A stretch of 64,000 bases of DNA from the IMG/VR virus record IMGVR_UViG_3300030202_003189, positions 124,001-188,000 of that record, one strand, 5' to 3'. The translations under genes were made by a program, and so were the position numbers. The notes under the pieces are model-generated. The model did no database searches and was not told the DNA's origin. It saw only the letters and a list, made by a program, of their open reading frames with translations. Positions 40,101 to 48,624 of the stretch are shown in pieces. Position 1 is the stretch's first letter. Every line of letters starts with the position of its first letter.

Positions 40101-42375
40101 TGGGGACGTTAACGGAATTATGCAAACATATCCAGGTGGTGCCAACCCCAACCCAAATGGATGTTGTTGTTCGTATGTAACTGGAACAAATCCAAGTAGT
40201 GCAGGAAATTACGGAACTGTATTTGCAACACAACTTAACCCAATTATAATTACTTTTAATACGGCGATTAATACTTTTAGTGGACTACCTTTTGGTCCCA
40301 GCCCTGAATACCAAAGAGGTGATCACAATTTTGGGTGGAACGCGGGTAGGGGTCTATTCCCGTATTGGAAAGAAGCTACTTATTTTGGTACCAATTTTGT
40401 CGCTTATGACATAAATGAAAACTTTTCTACTACAAATTATCCTTCAAGAAGTCGTTTTTCTGGCGTGGTTTGTGGTGTGTCTAATCCTGTTTTTAACGCA
40501 AATAAGGAAAGTGGAGTGATTGCTTATGATATTTTTAGATATGAAAACTTTTTACTTACACCAGACTTTACTGATTTTTATGGTTCATTAGACCCGGCTA
40601 ATACAGGATTTTCACAATTTGGTACAAATAAGGGAAAAAAACAAGCATTATTTGATAATGAGACATCACCATTTGGGGTTGAAACAAAAGGACCAAGTTT
40701 TACTTATAACGCAGCAAATTTTAATAATGGTCAAACGGATTGGAGTTCTCAAATAACTGATGCTAATGGATCTACAGGTAATCCAGTGTATTTTGACCAT
40801 AACCTTTTCGAATTTTATAAGTTCGACACCTCCCAATGTAATACCTGTTATGATAAGGGTAGTGGGATTCCGGGGACTAATGACTATTTAGCCCCACGAC
40901 ACGGATGGCCTGTAGATGTGGATTCAGATGGAAATGTTAATAACCCAGCAGGAGTACCAGTTTGGCAACAAACACAACCTTATGGGGGACTGGGGATACA
41001 ATGGGTAGGTTTTGGTACGGCAGACGGACGGTCTGGAATAATAGAGGATTCACAATATGCTATGGTTCCTGGTAGTGTTAATATTGTTGGACATCGATTA
41101 CCTAGTGACCCAGATAATTGGAGATTTTTTTATGGACAATGTACACAAACATGGTATACTAATTTTATAGCATCAACTTCTGAGGGCGCCGCAGAGTGGC
41201 CAGACGGTACTCCAGAATCTGACGCTAGTCCATTTTCGGGTAACCCCTATGCCAATGGAGGAGTCACTCCGGGTAATTTACCCATACCACTTGATAATTG
41301 GACTAATTCAAGAGCGGGAAGTATTTTGGGTAAATGTTATAAAAGTGACGCTTGTTCTATGAGTTGTGGGTGTATGAATCTAGATGCAGGAAATAGGTGG
41401 TATGATTATGATGGTGGGGGAACTTCACAAGCTCAAGCGGTCGGTAATATTATGAAACCGTACACACAACCTTCATATTTTAAGCCAGATATACCAAATA
41501 ATATGACATATACTTACGAGTTTAGAGGTAGACTTAACATTGAAATGGGGATTAACTATGATGGATATGAACATTGGTATAATGGTACTAATACTGATCG
41601 AGGGTGGTCAGTGGCTGGATCTTGGGTAGGTGGACCACCAATAGTATGGAATAATCCAAATATGAATGATGGAACTGCATCTTGGTCTGGAGGTCCTACA
41701 GTACTCTCTCTAAGTGAAGCTAAAAACTTAGCTTATAAAATGTCTCTAACAGACGCTTATCAGAGATATACTAGATTATATTCAGGTTTCTGGATAGGTA
41801 TTGTTTCTGAAAAATGTGGAGTGGCAGGACCGGGAACAGGTTCCAATTCTTGTACGTATATCTACGACCCTGATGATGGGACAGCAGGAGGGTCTTCTAA
41901 CGCACAACCATGGTACCAATCCGAAGGGTATAACTCATTTGTTAATAAAAAATGGAATCACGGTTGTGGAGGTTTTGATGTTAATGGAGTACCAGCGGTT
42001 AATAAAATGGCGTATAGTCCATGTAGAGACGCCTTCACGGCTTATGCAGACTGTAATATAGGAAATATTAATAGTTACGAGTATGACCCAATTAATCATG
42101 CAAGTGCTGAGTATCTACCAAGTTGTGGAGAAAGTGGTTCAAATTCGAATAAGGGAGATTTCCAAAAAAGATGGTCACAAAGTTTTAAGTCCGCACCAAT
42201 ACCAATGCATCAAGGAGACAAAGCTTTTATTTTTATACGTTCAGTAGGGGGAACTTTAAGGGATAATAATCTACATTATGAGGGTTATGGAGTAGAATAC
42301 TATGCTGGGTCTCCACAAGTAACATCATTAGCCACTTATTGGGCAGCTAGAAATGTTGATCAAGTAACTATATAA
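37183..42375 (+). CDS. Large baseplate/tail structural protein with CBM-like and GCxD modules
   Basis: ER.ES..YRL, SEYYLRK, DN.GKPISELFL, DFVEYN, WRELLDIG, DYPFLNG.HY; jelly-roll-like insert; one GCMD..A.NYNP.A repeat. Confidence 0.6.
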   Translation: MERKKTIRTQDKRAGAKGIGYSETVGFTNTNKPLPTGEVIKIVSQSEQFFTERKESKLYRLTATLTPLVYLPQQYYWIGANLAPNGELAIVDSTSQTSVYETLNYSLPNILTPSFAGGNPTEYNFDLDNTSNWVGHILYPYENEYLKLYTIPEFTASLMFIPDINDARYGINTGINDLVYYDIVNYLESDLDGLTISEWFNGVDHILEEPLWVDNSGAVVPVTDENATTLTFPELKISNQEYKGYTQDGVPFLFSVPVKTEQGWYTALYTPFEHNFEEGDYIFVKPLVTIGYVTLNGKYDTCDPSLYGFKRVIGASWDVVGDKYSRHYVIIEHKTKKHWDWVTAGGGTNTAGENYTWSVESSQGFIKKVSNYSPELIQSISVEFINLSHFTLIPTQPDTILVTLGVLETGLRVDDKVLITISEDAYGTEFYEERRPSLFNLSGIYTVASIESLFSFTIRAREIQDNIPFFDQTLNQLVFGGTNYRVEVSRIGSTPSEYYLRKGKIITSINNFEINKLPFSNSIYSDPNYNVVVDEDIDISKIKDNYGKPISELFLMLTKRAGQKTYDFTDVECFFSWMFNYSSILVKTGDGLDIVSKRSADSKLSGHVKNVSGGFMSEYNDYLGDWYYMDFVEYNNTQLTETRIERLKNRFNTIGRECPDNKCDEVLIDGSNGFEINIWDVYNSYNVGSLTLTDGGSSIGGILSSSSAGLGQSQPADGNYIYTTVFITPELCNLPDEGLLLEFDFTQVTTTGVVRILGPSGNEETLGNGSSALFVGTAADVNGVAQTINYSLTFNPATSGVYRILLGIVNFEGSYDANTGGTFSPPYEAYFNNVTLMRYFGTPKYGGWVYDPLADYQIKRWSSYIETADPSVLGIPYWAQDVDGLMVWRELLDIGYFEDVEQTLGVDYPFLNGKHYINIDKTIAVGITPSKLGENSSSYSTVIYGCMDDVAANYNPFATYPCASNIVQGGPCVGDVNGIMQTYPGGANPNPNGCCCSYVTGTNPSSAGNYGTVFATQLNPIIITFNTAINTFSGLPFGPSPEYQRGDHNFGWNAGRGLFPYWKEATYFGTNFVAYDINENFSTTNYPSRSRFSGVVCGVSNPVFNANKESGVIAYDIFRYENFLLTPDFTDFYGSLDPANTGFSQFGTNKGKKQALFDNETSPFGVETKGPSFTYNAANFNNGQTDWSSQITDANGSTGNPVYFDHNLFEFYKFDTSQCNTCYDKGSGIPGTNDYLAPRHGWPVDVDSDGNVNNPAGVPVWQQTQPYGGLGIQWVGFGTADGRSGIIEDSQYAMVPGSVNIVGHRLPSDPDNWRFFYGQCTQTWYTNFIASTSEGAAEWPDGTPESDASPFSGNPYANGGVTPGNLPIPLDNWTNSRAGSILGKCYKSDACSMSCGCMNLDAGNRWYDYDGGGTSQAQAVGNIMKPYTQPSYFKPDIPNNMTYTYEFRGRLNIEMGINYDGYEHWYNGTNTDRGWSVAGSWVGGPPIVWNNPNMNDGTASWSGGPTVLSLSEAKNLAYKMSLTDAYQRYTRLYSGFWIGIVSEKCGVAGPGTGSNSCTYIYDPDDGTAGGSSNAQPWYQSEGYNSFVNKKWNHGCGGFDVNGVPAVNKMAYSPCRDAFTAYADCNIGNINSYEYDPINHASAEYLPSCGESGSNSNKGDFQKRWSQSFKSAPIPMHQGDKAFIFIRSVGGTLRDNNLHYEGYGVEYYAGSPQVTSLATYWAARNVDQVTI

Positions 42376-42382
42376 ACATATT

Positions 42383-43285
42383 ATGAGTGATATACAAAAA
42401 TATAAATTAAGAAGTACAGGGAAAAAACGTAATGTTAATATACAGATTGAACAAGACTTTTTCCCAGTTGACAATACCGAAGAGGTAAAAGAGAGAATAG
42501 ATAAAATAACCCAACTAGAAATTAATCCTATTGATGATTGGGAAAAAACAAAATATACTTTAAGATGTGATGAAGGGTCAAATATTGGGGATAACTTAAA
42601 CGAACAGGCTGGGTGTTACACTATTCAGATGCATATGTGGAACAATTGTGATGGTTCTGGTTGTATTCCGTCTATGACAACAAGTTGGACAGAATCTGGA
42701 ATATTTAGTAAACAAGATGTTGCTTATAGATCTGCTCGGTTTATAGGAAGTTATGTTAGATTATCTTATTTCACAACACCACATCGAGAAACTCAGAAAT
42801 TAGTATCATATGCTAATATACAATTATCAGAAAATGATAATTCCTTTATTAATCTTTGTAAGTCAGAACAGGGTTCGTTCTTATATCATTGGAAATCTGA
42901 GGCGAAATTAAATATGACAGATAGTAGACTCTATATGAAGGTAGAGTTTTTTAATTCAGCGAAGGGAGTCGTTCACACATTAGGTAGGACTTTTCCTGTC
43001 GATAGTAATGATGGTAATTTTTATATTGATTATTGGAATGAAAAATTTGATTATGTCACGGTGTTATTGGATCCGGCTACCCGAACTTATAGGTTTGAAA
43101 CAAGTTGGGTTGACCTAGATCTCATAGCATGGTGGAACCAATACATAATATCACAAGGTGCAGGTGATCCACTACCTAGACTTAAAAATTATTTAGTTGA
43201 AAATACTTATAATAATGGGTGTGAAATGGATCTATGGGATAAAAGATTAAATAACTTACCAATCTGGCCAGGAATAGAATATTAA
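42383..43285 (+). CDS. Hypothetical virion structural protein
   Basis: 300 aa; INPI.D.EK, S...L.YF.TP...QKL, LYMK.EFFN...G; within baseplate cluster. Confidence 0.55.
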   Translation: MSDIQKYKLRSTGKKRNVNIQIEQDFFPVDNTEEVKERIDKITQLEINPIDDWEKTKYTLRCDEGSNIGDNLNEQAGCYTIQMHMWNNCDGSGCIPSMTTSWTESGIFSKQDVAYRSARFIGSYVRLSYFTTPHRETQKLVSYANIQLSENDNSFINLCKSEQGSFLYHWKSEAKLNMTDSRLYMKVEFFNSAKGVVHTLGRTFPVDSNDGNFYIDYWNEKFDYVTVLLDPATRTYRFETSWVDLDLIAWWNQYIISQGAGDPLPRLKNYLVENTYNNGCEMDLWDKRLNNLPIWPGIEY

Positions 43286-43287
43286 AA

Positions 43288-43521
43288 ATGAAATCAGGAA
43301 AAACAAGAACATATATATTACCTCCTTTACCTAAGGTTCAGGCACCAACTGTGGTTCAAGTGGAGCCACAACCACAAGATATGTCGGGATTTGCGGATTT
43401 TATACCAAAAGGAGTTAAAAACTCAATTAAAAGAATGAGAAGGTTAAAACCAAATTATTCTATTGAACAATTAAAGACTGCATATAGCGGAGGTACCATA
43501 ACCCCCTTTTTTGAACAATAA
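43288..43521 (+). CDS. Small hypothetical protein
   Basis: 77-aa ORF exactly filling the gap between neighbours, AAAATG start. Confidence 0.5.
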   Translation: MKSGKTRTYILPPLPKVQAPTVVQVEPQPQDMSGFADFIPKGVKNSIKRMRRLKPNYSIEQLKTAYSGGTITPFFEQ

Positions 43522-43524
43522 TAA

Positions 43525-46500
43525 ATGGAATATATAAAAAGAAAAATATCAAGAGGAAGTTTATTAGGAGATAGGACTAATATGAGACGAGCGATTCTAA
43601 ATCCAGAACCGATATACACTAATGGAATATATCCTTATCCTTGTTTGGACACCAATCAATCTATGGATGATTGTATTGAATCCCTTTTTATTGACGTAGA
43701 TGCTGATGGTATTAAGGACTGGTTTGTGATTCCTCCTACATGGTTTGGTGGTAATTTAGTAACTGATGCTTATGGTCAGTGGGAGCAAGATATTGATGAA
43801 AAAATTATAGAACTATTTAATGACTTTATTGATGACGCTTTTCATGATGATTTTGAAATGGGAACCGCTAGATGGTATGGAGGTAGTGAAGAATACGATA
43901 CAAAATTAGTGTGGAATCAGTATAGCCCATATATTGTTATTCCGGGAAATAATAATATTAGATTAGAAATTACTGATATTATCGGAGGTGCCGTTCCAAA
44001 CTTTGGTAGACTAATTTTACAAACTCCATCAGTTAATCCCCTATTATCTCCAGGGGTTATGGATCCATTTACACTAAATCAAGGAATACAGTTATCGGCT
44101 GGAGTGAATTATAGATTATCGGTGAATATAATGAGTAGAGTTAGGTCACATAAAGACTTTATCGATGATTTGGCAACCACCAACCCTTTCCAAGTCCAAA
44201 TAATGGGAATTGATATGGTAACTCAAAATTTAGTGGTGTTCGATTGGTCATCAGAACAGATTCCATATTATCCTGATAGAGAAACTATAACAACTACATT
44301 CACTGCACCTTCAGGAGGTAACTACTGGTTTACTATAGTGGTTAATATACCAGCAGGACCAACAGGAGTGGTAAATATGGTAGGCGACTTTATACAAATA
44401 GATGATTTCTCAATCTCATTAGAAAGTTCACCCAGTCAACAGAATACTTTTAACTCAGTAAAAAGAAAAGTATTTGGATTCTTCAAAGGGTTTAATATAT
44501 TACCAACTGCTTACAATATAGAATTATATAAACATAACATAACAGGATATCTTCTAAATTCTGACCCAATAGATGTTGACAATTTACCTCTAGGGGTGTA
44601 CGGGTCTCAAACGTACGATGATTTAGGGAACCAAGTTTATTATGAATTAACTAACCCTCCTTTAGGGGTTATCCCTTTCTATTATCTTGGTTATAATCTT
44701 TATGGTGCTATAACTACTAATGTACAAGGTAATACCCTAATGAATGATGGGTACTTGTATTGTAATGGTGCAGATTTAGGACCGTGGGATGGGGTTAATA
44801 ATATATACGAAATAGGGGATGTGGTAGAAGATACTACAGGTTCATTGTGGTATTGTAGTGCTCTTATTAATGGAGAATGTAATACATGTGCACCAGAAGA
44901 TGATTGTGGATGGGTGAAATGTTTAAGTATGTTGGCATATGGTGGAGGAACTTTGAATATTAATATACCACTTTACCAAGACGTAAAAGATATTGGTATT
45001 TATAGGGATGTAATTCACCCTGGTATTGCGGAGGAATGTAGTGGAAGTGTAGAAACTTTAACTGAAGATTATAAATGCCCAATACCTTATTATATACAAG
45101 ACAATGGGGCTGTTATGTTTTATGACCCCCTAACAACTAAAGAGATAGTAGTTAAAAGACCATGTTGTGAGGACTATAGTGAATATGGTTTTGTGTGGTG
45201 GAATGGTAAGTGTTATTTAGACTATGGTAATGACATACAAGGACAAGGAAAAGAATTATTTAATTTTCCTTATAGTACTCTGTTTCTAGGAAGAGGTGAT
45301 AATGGGTTGTTATATTCAGATGTTGGTCTCCAATCACCAGACCAGGTATTTGTAAATTCAGGACTTCAAGGGGAAATAATACAAGATAGTGGAGAAAGAG
45401 TGTTACTTTATAGTCCTTTAGTGAATGATGTCATAGATGGTGTAACATATATCGCTAAAGCAACCTTAACAATGGAGGATTATAATAGTCAAACCCTGAG
45501 TACAATACAATTAGGAGCAACAGGACAACTCGATCCAGACTGGGGTTATATATATTTCGAAGATTTTGAAATGGGAGAAGATGACGATTTACAACCAGGT
45601 GTAATAACTACTCCAGGGGCAACAGTTATAGATGCGGTAGTAGATGGTATATATACCATAATAACCGATGACTTTCCAGGATTAGCGTTAAATCTAATAA
45701 GATCATTAGAACAGAATAGAACCTATAGATTCCGGTTTGGGTATGTTGGTCTTACATTAGGTGGAACAACAACACCATATTATACCCCATCAGTTGATAA
45801 TGTATTACAGGGTACTGATCTACATATTGAAGTTTCAGCATACCCTGGTGGTACAACGGTAATACCTCTTATGTTCTATGGAGGATCAGGGTCTAATGAC
45901 ATTGAGGCGGTCTTCACAATCCCAGCCACAGGTAACTACTTAATACAATTATTAGTTGTCAACCCACAAGGATCATTTATCGCTGGAGATTTTTATGGTT
46001 TTGGATTAGATTATTTTGCAATTGATGAGATGCCCTATAATTACACAACTGACAACAATACATTAATTACTCCAAGAAAAGTATGGTCTAGTAATTCTTT
46101 TGATGCTGCGGATGGACTACAAACAATAGAGTTGGAGAGCGAAATTACAGTTAGAGGAGCTACAGATTTAAGTTTAAGGTTAATATGTGATATTAAAGAA
46201 CCGATAGTTAATAGTCCTTTAACTTTTACTCTACTCTTAAAAGATTTATCATTGAAATATCACCAAAAACCAAATTTCTTAGGGTGTAAACCAACTCATT
46301 TCCTTAATGAGGTAAGTAATACCTTTACACAAGAAATTAATACACTTACACCTACCCAGGATGGAACCTATGACACTTTCTCCCCGGTAATCCCTGGGGC
46401 TATTAACCAACTAACATTTGGGTCTGCTTTTGGTGCACAAGGGATACAAGGAAGTGATATTCAAACTACATCAGCTCCTTATGTAACACCAGTATTTGGT

Positions 46501-47637
46501 ACTGATCATAGAATAATCCCATCTGGACCAGAAGATACAAGTGCTCAGTGCGAAACTTCACAATTTATTGTGGGATGGTATTGTAACCTTAACTATTATA
46601 TTGAACTTAATGGAATACCAGTCCAACAACCTGATGGTTCTTTAGGAGTTAGAGGTTGTGTGGGTTCTCCAGTGATGATTCCAGGGGTTACCATGTATTC
46701 TACAGCAGCTGATTGTGTGGCGCAAAGTGATTGTACATCTATAATTGGGTGTATGAATGACGAGGCCACTAATTATAATCCCTCGGCGACAGAACCTTGT
46801 TTTGACCTAAATAACGTACCAGGTCAAAATTATGTTTGTGAATGTGGGATAACTTCTAGTTGTGTGGATCCAAATTCTATACTAACTAATCAACAATATT
46901 CGGGTCTTTGTTTTGGTGACCAAAATATGTGTACCGATCCCGCTCAATGTAATTCTAACTGGGTACCATTATTAAATGGAGGTCATTGTTGTGTTATGGA
47001 AGACTCAGATTGGGGATGTATGGATTACAATTCAGAGGACTGGGCCCCTAATATGGAATACGATGGAGGAGAAGTTTATTGTCATTATCAACCAGGATGT
47101 CCCGACCCTACTGCAAGTAACTATCTAGTAGGACCAAATAATTGTACACCACAGGTGGGGCCAAATGGTAACGTATATAGTTGTACTGATTGTTCTGGTA
47201 ATCCACCTTCTTCAGTTTGGGGATTAACAGCACAAGCAACTAATACCTCCTTAGGGATAACACAAGGACAATTACTATACTCAAACGCTATAATACCTGG
47301 GACTCTAGGTGACACTAGTTGTTGTTATTTTGATAATTCTAACGATATGCCAATAGGGTGTAGTGACCCAATGGCGGTTAACTTTGGCGACCCAATTAAT
47401 ATAGATTGTGCAAATGCAATTAATAACGGTGACCCCTGTTTCGATAATGGCACTTGTCTATATGGTACCATATTTGAAGTACATTGTTGTGTCAATGTTG
47501 GTGGGACATGGGGACCGGCATGTGACGGTTACACCTTACTAAGTCAAGCTTCTTATGATGCTTTAATGAACTCTTCGGGTGGTATGTGTCAGGATCTTTT
47601 ATCTGATTGTATAAATTTAACCCCATGTACAAGTTAA
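43525..47637 (+). CDS. Multi-domain structural/adhesin-like protein (CBM-like jelly rolls, CBM5/12-like module, GCxD repeats)
   Basis: Two DFEMG-initiated beta modules, W.....Y.IGD.V....G..W.C...P...W module, several GCxD.A.NY repeats. Confidence 0.6.
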   Translation: MEYIKRKISRGSLLGDRTNMRRAILNPEPIYTNGIYPYPCLDTNQSMDDCIESLFIDVDADGIKDWFVIPPTWFGGNLVTDAYGQWEQDIDEKIIELFNDFIDDAFHDDFEMGTARWYGGSEEYDTKLVWNQYSPYIVIPGNNNIRLEITDIIGGAVPNFGRLILQTPSVNPLLSPGVMDPFTLNQGIQLSAGVNYRLSVNIMSRVRSHKDFIDDLATTNPFQVQIMGIDMVTQNLVVFDWSSEQIPYYPDRETITTTFTAPSGGNYWFTIVVNIPAGPTGVVNMVGDFIQIDDFSISLESSPSQQNTFNSVKRKVFGFFKGFNILPTAYNIELYKHNITGYLLNSDPIDVDNLPLGVYGSQTYDDLGNQVYYELTNPPLGVIPFYYLGYNLYGAITTNVQGNTLMNDGYLYCNGADLGPWDGVNNIYEIGDVVEDTTGSLWYCSALINGECNTCAPEDDCGWVKCLSMLAYGGGTLNINIPLYQDVKDIGIYRDVIHPGIAEECSGSVETLTEDYKCPIPYYIQDNGAVMFYDPLTTKEIVVKRPCCEDYSEYGFVWWNGKCYLDYGNDIQGQGKELFNFPYSTLFLGRGDNGLLYSDVGLQSPDQVFVNSGLQGEIIQDSGERVLLYSPLVNDVIDGVTYIAKATLTMEDYNSQTLSTIQLGATGQLDPDWGYIYFEDFEMGEDDDLQPGVITTPGATVIDAVVDGIYTIITDDFPGLALNLIRSLEQNRTYRFRFGYVGLTLGGTTTPYYTPSVDNVLQGTDLHIEVSAYPGGTTVIPLMFYGGSGSNDIEAVFTIPATGNYLIQLLVVNPQGSFIAGDFYGFGLDYFAIDEMPYNYTTDNNTLITPRKVWSSNSFDAADGLQTIELESEITVRGATDLSLRLICDIKEPIVNSPLTFTLLLKDLSLKYHQKPNFLGCKPTHFLNEVSNTFTQEINTLTPTQDGTYDTFSPVIPGAINQLTFGSAFGAQGIQGSDIQTTSAPYVTPVFGTDHRIIPSGPEDTSAQCETSQFIVGWYCNLNYYIELNGIPVQQPDGSLGVRGCVGSPVMIPGVTMYSTAADCVAQSDCTSIIGCMNDEATNYNPSATEPCFDLNNVPGQNYVCECGITSSCVDPNSILTNQQYSGLCFGDQNMCTDPAQCNSNWVPLLNGGHCCVMEDSDWGCMDYNSEDWAPNMEYDGGEVYCHYQPGCPDPTASNYLVGPNNCTPQVGPNGNVYSCTDCSGNPPSSVWGLTAQATNTSLGITQGQLLYSNAIIPGTLGDTSCCYFDNSNDMPIGCSDPMAVNFGDPINIDCANAINNGDPCFDNGTCLYGTIFEVHCCVNVGGTWGPACDGYTLLSQASYDALMNSSGGMCQDLLSDCINLTPCTS

Positions 47638-47650
47638 TAATATATAAGTT

Positions 47651-48619
47651 ATGAATAAAAATAAAAAAATAGGATGTTTAGATATAACAGCATTAAATTA
47701 TGATGAAACTGTAGGGGTTGCTTGTGATAGATGTTGCATAAAACCAGAACAGGACAATATCATAAAGGAAGTTCTCAATTTTATGTTATTTGGTAAAAGA
47801 GACCCGAATAAACCGATAGATTATTCAACATACGCTGTGTCAAAACTAGACAATGAACCACTCTTTAACCTACCTTCCCAAGCAAGAGAATATGGGTTAC
47901 AAATAGGGTGTTTAGGTTTTCATGAACATATTATGAGGGGAAAAAAATTATATATGGCGTGTTCTTCTCATGAAGACGCTCTATCAGAAGATAGAGTTGA
48001 ACCAACAGCCGAAGACTATGTTGAAAGTATAACAACAGAAGGGGTTGTACAGTGGTATAGATCTACAACAATTGAACAACAAGTAAAATTCTGTGAAGAA
48101 AAAATAAGTGAGGGTTATAGATGGAATCGTATAGATAGAATATGTAGTATGCCAAACAGGGATAATACAAACATAGGGAATCATCAGATAGTCGGATACG
48201 TAGATAATATACCTGTATGGTATACAAAAGGAGCCGCCATGGAATATGCCAATGTAATAAAATGTGATGGATATTACTCCTATAATATGAATGGTACACT
48301 TGGATATATTGCTTGTGAGAATTATGATATTGTAAAAGAGAAACTACTAGGTGTAGAATGTAAAGGAACCAGAAAGATGTTAGACGGGACCTTAGCATTT
48401 GTTCAATTAGGTCAAATAAACGCAACTAAATATGGTGAGGCTTGTTGTCTAGAACAAGCACACCAAGGATATTTATGGAATGGAAGAGGATGTGTTAAAA
48501 ATCAAATGGAACTAACATGGTCATGTATTGATAATTTAACAACAGAAATCTATGATGGTACCGGTGAATATAAAACATTTGACGAATGTCTAATGTTCTG
48601 TGAAAAAAATAAAAAATAA
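47651..48619 (+). CDS. Cys-rich protein with GCxD repeat and two DUF3721-like modules
   Basis: GCLDITALNY; A.EY...IGC.G.H.H...G...YMAC and a degenerate second copy. Confidence 0.55.
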   Translation: MNKNKKIGCLDITALNYDETVGVACDRCCIKPEQDNIIKEVLNFMLFGKRDPNKPIDYSTYAVSKLDNEPLFNLPSQAREYGLQIGCLGFHEHIMRGKKLYMACSSHEDALSEDRVEPTAEDYVESITTEGVVQWYRSTTIEQQVKFCEEKISEGYRWNRIDRICSMPNRDNTNIGNHQIVGYVDNIPVWYTKGAAMEYANVIKCDGYYSYNMNGTLGYIACENYDIVKEKLLGVECKGTRKMLDGTLAFVQLGQINATKYGEACCLEQAHQGYLWNGRGCVKNQMELTWSCIDNLTTEIYDGTGEYKTFDECLMFCEKNKK

Positions 48620-48624
48620 GTATA

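Noticed and set aside
43288-47637. Read-through fusion of 43288..43521 with the in-frame 43525 gene
   Set aside because: Separated by tandem TAA TAA, and the downstream gene has a normal AAATG start.
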